Shown here: piece by piece, positions 51,569-60,806 of the stretch | Layout of the letters: each line of letters opens with the position of its first letter | Numbering within the stretch: position 1 is the first letter of the stretch | Assembly (NCBI GenBank): GCA_963816145.1 | Contig: CAWFJP010000004.1 | Span: 192,001 to 256,000, forward strand | Length of the DNA stretch: 64,000 bases | DNA from: an uncultured delta proteobacterium | GTDB lineage: Bacteria; Desulfobacterota; Binatia; UBA9968 | Direction: 5' to 3' | Made by a program: the position numbers and the translations under genes | Notes under the pieces: model-generated | Seen by the model: only the letters and a program-made list of their open reading frames with translations | Told to the model about the DNA's origin: nothing | Database searches by the model: none

Positions 51569-52310
51569 GCTAAATCCGAGAATTTTTCAGATACGCGGAA
51601 TTGGCGGTAGTAGCCATTGTTACGTCATCCAAGGCGACTATATGAACGTCATGATCGATTCCGGTTCGGACCAGAATTTCCCGGTGCTCGAGCGCGGGCT
51701 GCGCCATATCGGCATGAAGGTGCGCGATATTAATTTGGTGATTAATTCGCACGAGCATTGCGACCATATCGGCGCCAATCGCTACTTTCAGGAGTCGGCG
51801 ATGATTGCCGCCTACCGATTGGCTGCGTCGAAAATGACCACGGGCGATTACTACGTGACCATGTACAAGGGCAACGATCTCAACGAACTGCCGATGCGGG
51901 TGCATCTGTGGCTGGAAAATATGACGCGCATCGATCTGGGCAACTATACTCTGAGGGTGTTTCACACGCCCGGCCACACTTCGGGCTGCATTTCGATCAT
52001 CGAGACATCAAGCGGATTGCTCTTCTCCGCCGATAGCGTCTTTGCCGGCGGCACACTTTCCTACATCGCCGAGAGCGGCAGCATCGGCGACTATCTCGAC
52101 TCGCTGGCGCGGCTGCGTAGTTTCAGTTTGAAGGCGCTCTACCCTGGTCATGGACGAGTGTCAGTGACGCCGATCGAAGACATCGATCGAGCGATCGGCA
52201 ATGCGCAGATGCTGTTGGAAACAAAGAACCATGAGAAGGTCGACATTTTTTATCAGAATGCTCACGAGAATTCCGACGCTAATGGAAGGGATGCTGCTGT
52301 AAGCAACTAA
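51543..52310 (+). CDS. Metallo-beta-lactamase-fold hydrolase
   Basis: SHEHCDHIG, HTPGHT, FSADS, YPGHG. Confidence 0.9.
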   Translation: MESTNAVTELNPRIFQIRGIGGSSHCYVIQGDYMNVMIDSGSDQNFPVLERGLRHIGMKVRDINLVINSHEHCDHIGANRYFQESAMIAAYRLAASKMTTGDYYVTMYKGNDLNELPMRVHLWLENMTRIDLGNYTLRVFHTPGHTSGCISIIETSSGLLFSADSVFAGGTLSYIAESGSIGDYLDSLARLRSFSLKALYPGHGRVSVTPIEDIDRAIGNAQMLLETKNHEKVDIFYQNAHENSDANGRDAAVSN

Positions 52311-52376
52311 GCAACAATTCGCAAACACCTATCGCTTGCGGCGCTAACGCGCTGCAAGCGCGAAAAGATCGGTCCA

Positions 52377-52450
52377 GGGATTCGATGCTGAAGCCCGCGA
52401 CCATGGCAATGGCGCCAGATTCCTCCAACGGGATCGAGCGCCATTTTTAT
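52377..52450 (+). promoter_or_regulatory. Second ANTAR dual-hairpin leader with terminator
   Basis: GGGATTC-GATGCT-GAAGCCC and TGGC-AATGGC-GCCA; terminator AATGGCGC...GCGCCATT-TTTATT. Confidence 0.75.
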
Positions 52451-52479
52451 TGGCAACGAGCGATGAGAGAGGCGAGGCC

Positions 52480-53346
52480 ATGAACGAACATATGAGTTTC
52501 AGTCAAATTCCTATTCCACGTAGCGCGACCAAGGATCACCAAGCCGAAATGACGAGCACGCGCAAGTCTTGGCGGCGCAGGTGGGTCAGCTGGGCCGGCG
52601 CGGCCATGGTGCTTGGCGCAACCGGCGCGACAGCGCAGTCTTCGCGCGACTCCTGGTATTTTTCCGCCGCCGATATCGGCGCTGCCTATCAGTATCAAGA
52701 AGCCTATGGCGGCCGGATGCGCAACCCCTTGCCAGCTTTCAGCTGCATGACCGGCAATACTGATTTTGCCGCAACCTACCGCGGCGTCCCCGTCCAGGTG
52801 GCTTGCCGGTTTATCAACGAAGTGATGCGTCATCTGAAGGGTATGCTCGACATCGGCGCGGCGCGTTACCTGTTTCCACTCGACGCCGATCATGCCCACT
52901 TGGCGGTGCCGGCCGATGTCTGGGCGGAGAAGTACGACAAGCTTTCGCCAGCGCAGTTGATGGTCGCGCTACTGCGTGAGCCCAAGCTCGTGGCGCTCTA
53001 CCACACTGCGGAGCATCTTGAGCCAGGCGCTAAGATAAATGGCACGGACGATGCCGGCGTGAGGCGCTGGCGCGAGCAGCGCAACGTTCTGGGCTACTTC
53101 AATGGCCGGCCGCTGCAAGTTTTGCCACCGCATCCCGACGGCTTCGGTGTCGGCTTGCCCGATGGATTGGTTTCCTACGGTGGTTTCAATTTTCTCGCGA
53201 GCCCGCGCGGCGAATTGATGATTCTTCAGGGAGAGCGAGCAATCGCGTTCGACGTGAGCTTGGAAATGGAAGAGCCGGCGCCGAATGTGTTCGGTCGCTC
53301 GCTGGCGCGCACTGCCCCGGCGCTGCGGGGATCTGTTGGACGTTGA
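52480..53346 (+). CDS. Hypothetical exported protein
   Basis: GAGG RBS; RRRW plus hydrophobic signal-like segment; DADHAHL and YHTAEHL His motifs. Confidence 0.7.
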   Translation: MNEHMSFSQIPIPRSATKDHQAEMTSTRKSWRRRWVSWAGAAMVLGATGATAQSSRDSWYFSAADIGAAYQYQEAYGGRMRNPLPAFSCMTGNTDFAATYRGVPVQVACRFINEVMRHLKGMLDIGAARYLFPLDADHAHLAVPADVWAEKYDKLSPAQLMVALLREPKLVALYHTAEHLEPGAKINGTDDAGVRRWREQRNVLGYFNGRPLQVLPPHPDGFGVGLPDGLVSYGGFNFLASPRGELMILQGERAIAFDVSLEMEEPAPNVFGRSLARTAPALRGSVGR

Positions 53347-53400
53347 ACCGGAAAGGGAACGGCTAGTGTGCCGGCCCAAAAGTCCGCTACATAATTCATC

Positions 53401-53488
53401 CGTCATTCCGGGCAAGCTGGCGATAGCTAGCGCGACCCGGAATCCAGGAAAATCGCGAACCTGGATGCCGGCTTTCTCCGCCATGACG
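53401..53488. repeat. REP-like palindromic element
   Basis: CGTCATTCCGG...CCGGAATCCAGG...CCTGGATGCCGG...ATGACG, same family as 56586-56670. Confidence 0.7.
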
Positions 53489-53665
53489 ATATGAGGCCGT
53501 CCGACTTATTTTGCGAACTTCTGGGCCGGGACGCTCGTTCCGATGGGGAAAATGATTTTGCGCACGAAGTTCTCATGCATAGCGCTGGCGGGGTCGTGCT
53601 TATCCTCCGTTAGCGCTACTGCCAATAACTAACGACCCAAGATTAACAAGCGCGAAAGGACTGCA

Positions 53666-54661
53666 ATGAAAGTGAAAATTGTTCCGATACTCGCATTGAC
53701 GCTATCGCTGGCCGTCGTGCAGGGAAGTGGCGCCCAGGAAAAATTGGAGAAACTTTATGTCGGTGTCGCCGGTTTAAGCGGCGCGCTGGCCCATGCGTTC
53801 ATACCCAAGGACGCGGGGTTGTACGAAAAATATGGCCTAGATGTGGACTTGGTATTCTTTCAGGGTGGCACCCAGGGGGTGCAGTCGTTGATCGCCGGCG
53901 GCGTGCAATTCATCGTTTCTTCCGGATCGGAAACTATTGCGGCGCGAGTGGCCGGCGCTGATATCACGATGATCGCCGGCTACATGAATACGGTGCCCTA
54001 TAGCATTGTCGCCGATAAAGGCATCCGCCGTTTTGCCGATCTGAAGGGGGCCAAGGCGGCGGTGAGCCGGTTCGGCACGACCTCCGACCTCGCCGTGCGT
54101 TATGCCTTCGAACAAAACGGTCTGATTGCAGGCAAGGACATCACTTTGGTGCAGCTAGGCGATCAGGGTTCGCGCTTCGCGGCGCTGACCGGCGGCACGG
54201 TGCAAGCAACGGTCATTTCACCGCCGTTCGATCTGACGGCAAAAAAGCTCGGCTATCGCATACTAGCCGACATGGCCGATCTCGGTTTGAACTATCAGCA
54301 TGAGGCGATAGCGACGACTGAGCGGTTGCTCGCCGAACGACCCGAAACCGCGCGCCGTTTTCTCAAGGCATTCATCGCCGGAATACATCTCTGGATGACA
54401 GACGAGAAGAGGACCAAAGACATCTTGGCCAAACGGTTGAGGATCAAGGATAGCGAGGTTCTCGGTGAGACATATTCGGCCTACAAGAAACTGACGGAAA
54501 AGAAACCTTATCCCACGCTCAAGGGTCTCGAATTTCAGATCGCTGATCTGGCGCTGCGCAACGCCAAGGCCAAAGGCGCCAGGGCGGAGACCTTCGTCAA
54601 TCTCGGCTTGTTGAAGGAGATCGACAAGAGCGGCTTTATCGACGGTCTGTATAAAAGATAG
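53666..54661 (+). CDS. Orphan ABC substrate-binding protein (NMT1/SsuA-like)
   Basis: Signal peptide; GLYEKYGLDVDL, DLKG, RFAAL..G.V.A, RRFLKA. Confidence 0.88.
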   Translation: MKVKIVPILALTLSLAVVQGSGAQEKLEKLYVGVAGLSGALAHAFIPKDAGLYEKYGLDVDLVFFQGGTQGVQSLIAGGVQFIVSSGSETIAARVAGADITMIAGYMNTVPYSIVADKGIRRFADLKGAKAAVSRFGTTSDLAVRYAFEQNGLIAGKDITLVQLGDQGSRFAALTGGTVQATVISPPFDLTAKKLGYRILADMADLGLNYQHEAIATTERLLAERPETARRFLKAFIAGIHLWMTDEKRTKDILAKRLRIKDSEVLGETYSAYKKLTEKKPYPTLKGLEFQIADLALRNAKAKGARAETFVNLGLLKEIDKSGFIDGLYKR

Positions 54662-54717
54662 TGACGCCGTGAATTGAAGTCAGCGTCTTAACCCAAGTCT
54701 TGGTCAAGGAGATGAAA

Positions 54718-55290
54718 ATGCAGAAGATGAGAAAGATTCTCGTACCGATTGATTTTACCCTGGAGTCCGGCAGGGCTCTGCGCGACGCTGTCGCACTCGG
54801 GAAGGAAACCGGATCCCAAGTCGTCGCGCTCCATGTGATCGATGAAAAAGCCGAACGCGACGTGTTGTTGTCGGCCATTGCACCGGTCGATGTTTTGCCG
54901 TTTTTCTTGGACAGCTACGCAACCGTGCCAGTCGACGTCCTGCGGCGTGAGCGAACTCTCGATCTGTGGAACTTTGTCGCGCAATACGCCGGGCGGATGC
55001 AGCAAGAGCGCGTTAGGAAAGTGATCAGAATGGGCAAACTAACCCGAGAAATCACCACCTTTATGCAAGATGAGGCAGTCGATCTGCTGGTTCTCAAACA
55101 ACGCCAACGGCGGCTGTTTCCCGATCTTACGATGCTAAAACTGGTCACCCTAGCCGGACGCCTTTCTTGTCCGGTTTTATTGGATCCGCCAGCGCCGCGT
55201 GAGCGTCCCAAGCCGCGCAACGGTTTGCTCGCTTTTGATCTGCTGGAACAGGCAAGACTGTTATGGAACCTCCGTACCAGCGAGCATTAG
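54718..55290 (+). CDS. Universal stress protein (single domain)
   Basis: KILVPIDF, ALHVID, VDLLVL, CPVL; start uncertain (54712 or 54718). Confidence 0.8.
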   Translation: MQKMRKILVPIDFTLESGRALRDAVALGKETGSQVVALHVIDEKAERDVLLSAIAPVDVLPFFLDSYATVPVDVLRRERTLDLWNFVAQYAGRMQQERVRKVIRMGKLTREITTFMQDEAVDLLVLKQRQRRLFPDLTMLKLVTLAGRLSCPVLLDPPAPRERPKPRNGLLAFDLLEQARLLWNLRTSEH

Positions 55291-55429
55291 CCGATCAATC
55301 CCAAGGAGTTTTATGACGATCGATTCGCAAATGAATCGGCCGAAGAGAAATTTTCCAACAAACTTCGCGGCAAATCTCGGCGCAACTGAGCGGCACGCTA
55401 TATTGAGAGATTAGAAAGGACAAGCAACT

Positions 55430-56458
55430 ATGTGGCTTAGACTATGGATCGCTATCGGTTGTCTACTGAGCAGCACGGTGATACATGCCCAGGCGCCATT
55501 TTATCAGGGCAAGTTAGTGACGATTGTGGTGGCGACCAAAGCGGGCGATGTCTACGATCTCTATCCCCGGCTGCTCGCGGAATACCTGCCAAAATACATT
55601 CCGGGCAATCCTAACATCATTATCCAGAACGTCGCAGGCGCCGCGGGGCTGATTGCGACCAATCAAGTTTACAACCTGGCCAAACCGGACGGTCTTACGC
55701 TCGGGGCGATTTATCCAGCGCTTTACTTCGAGCAGCTCGCCAAGCGGCCGGAAGTGAAATTCGATTGGAACAAATTTCATTGGATCGGCAGCATGGCCTC
55801 GTCGAACACGTTGATGTACATCCGCAACGACGCCGGCATCAAGACCATCGACGATGTGCGTAGCGCTGCCGCTCCGCCCAAGTGCGGTGCCACCGGCGTG
55901 ACCTCGGCGGCATACTACATGCCCAAGCTCATCGAGGACGCGATCGGCGCTAAATTCAGTGTCGTCTCCGGCTACGTTGCCGGCTCGGACATCGATCTGG
56001 CCGTGGAACGCGGCGAGGTGCAGTGCCGGGCGTTTACCATTTCCACCTACTTTGCCCGTGAGCCCTTCATCACCTGGCGCAAGAAAAACTTTGTCCGCGT
56101 GCTTTATCAAACCGGCAGCAAGCGCGACGGGCGATTGAAGGAGGTCCCGACGTTCACTGAATTGATGGACAAATACAAAACCGCGGAAGGTGTGCGCCAG
56201 TTGGTCAAAGCCGTCGTCGCGTCCGACGAATTCGGCCGTCCCTTGGTGGTTCCACCGGGTGTGGCGCCGGACAAAATCAAGATCCTGCGCGATGCCTTTA
56301 ACAAAGCGGTCAGCGATCCGGCGCTGTTGGCCGAAGCCGAGAAACGTCGTCTCGACATGGATCCATCCAGCGGCGAAGAGTTGGACTCATTGGCCAAAGA
56401 AGTGATGGCCACACCGCCAGCGGTGGTGGAAAAAGTAAAAGCCTTGATCGGCCGGTGA
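55430..56458 (+). CDS. Orphan tripartite tricarboxylate transporter binding protein (TctC/Bug)
   Basis: FYQGKLVTIVV, IPGNPNIIIQN..GA.G, KPDGLT, LAVERGEV. Confidence 0.88.
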   Translation: MWLRLWIAIGCLLSSTVIHAQAPFYQGKLVTIVVATKAGDVYDLYPRLLAEYLPKYIPGNPNIIIQNVAGAAGLIATNQVYNLAKPDGLTLGAIYPALYFEQLAKRPEVKFDWNKFHWIGSMASSNTLMYIRNDAGIKTIDDVRSAAAPPKCGATGVTSAAYYMPKLIEDAIGAKFSVVSGYVAGSDIDLAVERGEVQCRAFTISTYFAREPFITWRKKNFVRVLYQTGSKRDGRLKEVPTFTELMDKYKTAEGVRQLVKAVVASDEFGRPLVVPPGVAPDKIKILRDAFNKAVSDPALLAEAEKRRLDMDPSSGEELDSLAKEVMATPPAVVEKVKALIGR

Positions 56459-56523
56459 GGGGGGGGGGAAGTGAACCCATCGCGTAGTGTGGATTTGTTT
56501 GCGCCATCTTCCTCGCACTAAAC

Positions 56524-56670
56524 AACCCTCGGCTTTAAGCCGAGGGGGTTCTAAATTTGTCGACCGGAAGTCGACTCTTCGGGGTCGTCATTCCGGCGTA
56601 GGCCGGAATCCAGGTTTCGTTTGGCCTTGCCGCGCGCGCGAAGATGGATGCCGGCCTGCGCCGGCATGAC
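56524..56670 (+). repeat. Composite palindromic repeat (MITE/REP-like)
   Basis: CCCTCGGCTTTAAGCCGAGGG hairpin followed by GTCATTCCGGCGTAGGCCGGAATCCA...TGGATGCCGGCCTGCGCCGGCATGAC. Confidence 0.75.
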
Positions 56671-56757
56671 AAATCTTCTCTTTGCCTGAAGTCTGCCCTG
56701 AGCAAGATCGAATGGGCGAGGGATTTCAACCATCCCCGAGAGCGCCATTAAAGCCGC

Positions 56758-56873
56758 TGCCCAGTTTCTAGGCATCCGCCGTATAAGGCGTAAGCAGTCG
56801 CACCGAGTTCCAACTCACACGACACTGAATTAATTCGAGTTTCTCGCAAAATAATCGTGGCACAGGCGTTGCT
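56758..56873 (+). promoter_or_regulatory. NtrC-type site plus sigma54 promoter of the nitrate operon
   Basis: TGCCCAGTTTCTAGGCA (56758-56774) and TGGCACA-GGCG-TTGCT (56858-56873). Confidence 0.7.
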
Positions 56874-56891
56874 CATCACGCTTCGTGAACG

Positions 56892-58745
56892 ATGAATAAA
56901 ATCGAAGAATATAAGAAGGAGAAAGCCGGCCTCGATATTCTCGATGATGTTCCGCGCTACGCCGCTGCGGGTTGGGAAAAGATCACTGACGGCGACAAGG
57001 AGCGGCTCAAGTGGGCGGGAATATTCTTTCGCCGCCAAACGCCGGGCCGCTTCATGATGCGCCTGCGATTCGCCAATGGCTTGTTGAACGCGCCACAGTT
57101 GCGCGCCATCGGCGAAATCAGCCGTGACTTCGGCAAAGGCTTCGCCGATATCACCACGCGCCAGCAGATGCAGCTGCGCGAATTCACAATCAATGACGTG
57201 CCGGAGATCTGGCGCAGACTGCGCGCCGTCGATTTGATCTCGCTGCAAACGGGGATGGATAACATCCGTGGGGTCATCGGCTGTCCGGTTGCCGGCTTGA
57301 CGCCCAACGAGTTGTTCGATGCTTCGCGTGTCGCCCGTCAGTTTACCGATTTGTTTATCGGCAACCGGGCATTCACCGATCTGCCGCGCAAATTCAACGT
57401 GACGATTACCGGCTGCAAAGAAGCTTGCACCCATGCCGAAGCGCAGGATTTGGCCTTGACGCCGGCGTTAAAGGAAATTGACGGCGCCCAGGTGAAAGGC
57501 TTCAACATCGCGGTCGGCGGCAAGCTCGGCTCGGGCGGCTTTCGGATCGCGTCGCCGTTGGATTTGTTCGTATCTCCCGACGAAGCGGCGGCGCTCTGCT
57601 CCCATATCGTCATGATCTTTCGCGACCACGGCGCGCGCGAGCTGCGCACCAAGGCGCGCTTGGCATTTCTCATCGAAGAATGGGGTGCGGCCAAATTTCG
57701 CAACGAGCTTGAACGGCGCGTTGATCGCCCGCTTGCCTCCGCTGGGCAAGATCAACGCACGCCGAAACACACCGATCATGTCGGCGTGTTTCGCCAGCGG
57801 CAGGCGGGCCTCAACTATGTTGGGCTCGCCGTGCCGGTTGGGCGCATGACTTCGGGACAGATGCTGCAAGTCGCTGACTTGGCCGAACGCTACGGCAGCG
57901 GCGAGCTGCGTTTGACGGTCGGGCAGAATCTCATCATTGCCAACGTGCCCGACAGTAGGATCGGCGAGCTCACCGAAGAACCGGTCCTGCGGGAGTTACG
58001 TTACGATCCTTCCGAGGTCATGCGCGGCCTGGTGAGCTGCACCGGCATGGATTTTTGCCACTTCGCTTTGATCGACACCAAGGGCTGGGCGCTGAAAACC
58101 GCGCTCACGCTGGAAGCCAAATTGGGCAAAACGCAGCCACTGCGCATGCATTGGTCCGGCTGTCCGGCGAGTTGCGGTAATCACACGGTGGCCGACATCG
58201 GCCTGCTCGGGAAAAATATCAAGCTCAACGGTGAAGTCGTCGAAGCGGTCGATGTTTTCGCCGGCGGCGCGGCCGGCTGTGAAGCCAATTTCCCGGTAAA
58301 GATCATGGAAGATGTGCCCTGCGAAGATTTGTCGGAGGTGGTTGCCGGCTTGGTCAAACACGGCGCGTTCAAGGCGATGCGCCAGCAGCTGCGAAAAATT
58401 CCTCAAGCGCCGGCACTGGGCAATCAAGCGGAAAAAAAACCAGAACCGCTCAAACCGCTGATTCGCAGTGCTGACATTGCCGAGGGCGCGGCGAAACTGG
58501 TGCGAGTGAATAACCACGAAATCGCCGTGTTCAAGCACGAGGGCAATCTTTGCGCGCTGCAAAACATTTGTCCCCATGAAGGCGGTCAATTGTCGGCCGG
58601 CTGGATCGAAGACGGCGCGGCGGTGTGCCCGCTGCACGGTTACAAGTTCGACTTGATCAGCGGTGCCTGCGCCAACGACGCCAAGCTTAAAGCAAAAGTT
58701 TTCAACCTCGCTGCTGACGGCGAAAATTATACCGTGGAGGAGTGA
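56892..58745 (+). CDS. nirA: Ferredoxin-nitrite reductase with C-terminal Rieske domain
   Basis: MNKIE..K, DITTRQQMQLR, GMDNIR, LPRKFN, SCTG..FC, SGCPASC; then CPH...CPLH Rieske motif. Confidence 0.92.
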   Translation: MNKIEEYKKEKAGLDILDDVPRYAAAGWEKITDGDKERLKWAGIFFRRQTPGRFMMRLRFANGLLNAPQLRAIGEISRDFGKGFADITTRQQMQLREFTINDVPEIWRRLRAVDLISLQTGMDNIRGVIGCPVAGLTPNELFDASRVARQFTDLFIGNRAFTDLPRKFNVTITGCKEACTHAEAQDLALTPALKEIDGAQVKGFNIAVGGKLGSGGFRIASPLDLFVSPDEAAALCSHIVMIFRDHGARELRTKARLAFLIEEWGAAKFRNELERRVDRPLASAGQDQRTPKHTDHVGVFRQRQAGLNYVGLAVPVGRMTSGQMLQVADLAERYGSGELRLTVGQNLIIANVPDSRIGELTEEPVLRELRYDPSEVMRGLVSCTGMDFCHFALIDTKGWALKTALTLEAKLGKTQPLRMHWSGCPASCGNHTVADIGLLGKNIKLNGEVVEAVDVFAGGAAGCEANFPVKIMEDVPCEDLSEVVAGLVKHGAFKAMRQQLRKIPQAPALGNQAEKKPEPLKPLIRSADIAEGAAKLVRVNNHEIAVFKHEGNLCALQNICPHEGGQLSAGWIEDGAAVCPLHGYKFDLISGACANDAKLKAKVFNLAADGENYTVEE

Positions 58746-60010
58746 TTGAGATGAAGAAAGTGAAGAAACCAAGCCGGCGCGAATTTCTTAAAGTGGCCGG
58801 TGCCAGCTCATTTGGATTGCTGCTGAGCCATCTGCCGACGCGCTGGGTGGGCGGCGTCTATGCGGCGGATGCGCCGGAAACGACCAAGATTCGTTTCGGC
58901 ATTATCGCCCTGACCGATTGCGCGTCGATCGTGATGGCGCATGAACTTGGGCTTTTCAAAAAATACGGTATCGAGGCGACCATCTCCAAGGAAGCTTCCT
59001 GGGCGGCGATCCGCGACAAGCTTTCCATCGGCGAGAACCAGGCGACCCATATGCTCTACGGTATGCCGTACGCATCGAGCATGGGGCTCTTAGGCTCGCC
59101 CAAAAAGCCGATGATCATTCCCTTTGCGATCAACCACAACGGACAGGGGATCACTCTGCATACCAAGTATCTCAAACAGGGGATTAAAAAACCGGAACAA
59201 CTCAAACCGGTTGTCGACGAAGCGAAGAAAAAGGGCCAGCCCATGACTTTCGCCATGACCTTCCCGCCGGGAACCCATGCGATGTGGATGCGTTATTGGC
59301 TTGGCGCTGGTGGCATCAATCCTGACAAAGATGTGACCCTGATTACGATCCCGCCGCCACAAATGGTTGCCAATCTGAAAGTGGACAAGATGGACGGCTT
59401 GTGCGTCGGTGAGCCGTGGAACGCCCGGGCGATTTTCGACAATATCGGCTACACCGTGACCACCAGCCAGCAGATGTGGAAAGACCACCCGGAAAAGGTC
59501 TTGGCTTTCACCGAAGAGTTTGCCGACAAGAATCCCAGGACCGTCAAAGCAATTCTCAAAGCGATGATCGAGTCGAGCCGCTATATCGACAAGATGGAAA
59601 ACCGTGCGCAGGTCGTCGACGTGATTTCTCGGCCGCAGTATATCAACACGCCTAAAGATATCATTCTTGGTCGCATGCTTGGCGACTACGACTATGGTGA
59701 CGGCAAAAAAGAGAAAGACCCCAACTACATGGTTTTTGCCGACCGCGACACCAACTTCCCGTGGAAGTCCCACGGTATCTGGTGGCTGACGCAGTTTCGT
59801 CGCTGGGGCATGGTCAAAGCACCGCTGGACTACAAGGGGATTGTCGAAAAAGTGCACCGACCCGATATCTATCGGGAGGTGGCCAAAGAGATGAGCATTA
59901 ACCCACCGAAGGAAGACACAAAAAGGGAGACTCTCTTCGACAAGATCGAGTTTGATCCCAGTAAGCCGGAAGAGTACGTCAAAAAGTTTGCCGTCAGCAA
60001 CATCGTTTAG
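58742..60010 (+). CDS. nrtA: Nitrate/nitrite ABC substrate-binding protein (NrtA/CmpA family)
   Basis: Tat signal SRREFLK; IALTDCA, AMTFPPGTH, PPPQMV, CVGEPWN, HPEK. Confidence 0.9.
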   Translation: MIEMKKVKKPSRREFLKVAGASSFGLLLSHLPTRWVGGVYAADAPETTKIRFGIIALTDCASIVMAHELGLFKKYGIEATISKEASWAAIRDKLSIGENQATHMLYGMPYASSMGLLGSPKKPMIIPFAINHNGQGITLHTKYLKQGIKKPEQLKPVVDEAKKKGQPMTFAMTFPPGTHAMWMRYWLGAGGINPDKDVTLITIPPPQMVANLKVDKMDGLCVGEPWNARAIFDNIGYTVTTSQQMWKDHPEKVLAFTEEFADKNPRTVKAILKAMIESSRYIDKMENRAQVVDVISRPQYINTPKDIILGRMLGDYDYGDGKKEKDPNYMVFADRDTNFPWKSHGIWWLTQFRRWGMVKAPLDYKGIVEKVHRPDIYREVAKEMSINPPKEDTKRETLFDKIEFDPSKPEEYVKKFAVSNIV

Positions 60011-60012
60011 AG

Positions 60013-60798
60013 GTGGCTAGGACTATGGAAAAGCGCGTTGACGCAGCGGCGTTCGTATTGCCGTTGTTCGGTTTAGGGTTGGTTTTGATGATATGGACTA
60101 CGATCAGTCTAAAAGTCGCCCCCGATTTGCCATCACCGCTTAAGACCTGGCAGGAAAGCCAGCAGTATATTCTCAATCCGTTTTTTAAAGACGGAGAGAT
60201 GAATCAAGGCATTCTCCGATTTGCTTTGCTCAGCTTGATTCGTGTCGCCAAGGGTTTTCTCTTGGCAATCGCTTTTGGCACACCTTTGGGATTTCTCTTG
60301 GGACTGTCGCCGAAATTCAATCAAGCGTTCGATCCGGTAATCCAAATTTTGCGGCCGATCTCGCCACTTGCCTGGCTACCGCTGGGTTTGGTGATGTTCA
60401 AGCAATCGGAGCCGGCGGCGTTGTTTACCATCGCACTTTGCGCCATGTGGCCGACGGTCGTTAATACTGCGATGGGCGTGCGCAGCATCGGCACGGAGTA
60501 TTTAAACGTCGGCCGGGTGCTCAAATTGTCGCCGATGAAGACGCTGAGAAAAATCATGATCCCGGCGACACTGCCTTATATGTTCACCGGCTTTCGTCTC
60601 AGTCTCGGCATGGCTTGGCTGGTGATCGTCGCGGCGGAGATGTTGACCGGTTCTCCTGGCTTGGGCGGATTCCTTTGGCAGGAATACAACAGCTTGGTTT
60701 ACTCACATATTCTTTTATCGGTGTTGGCCATCGGTTTAATTGGGTTTGCTCTGGATCGCATGATGGGAGTGATTGAGCGCCGATTTAAGACCGCGTGA
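60013..60798 (+). CDS. nrtB: Nitrate ABC permease
   Basis: LRPISPLAWLP, WPTVVNTAMGV, AWLVIVAAEML. Confidence 0.9.
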   Translation: MARTMEKRVDAAAFVLPLFGLGLVLMIWTTISLKVAPDLPSPLKTWQESQQYILNPFFKDGEMNQGILRFALLSLIRVAKGFLLAIAFGTPLGFLLGLSPKFNQAFDPVIQILRPISPLAWLPLGLVMFKQSEPAALFTIALCAMWPTVVNTAMGVRSIGTEYLNVGRVLKLSPMKTLRKIMIPATLPYMFTGFRLSLGMAWLVIVAAEMLTGSPGLGGFLWQEYNSLVYSHILLSVLAIGLIGFALDRMMGVIERRFKTA

Positions 60799-60806
60799 TG
60801 GACTAA

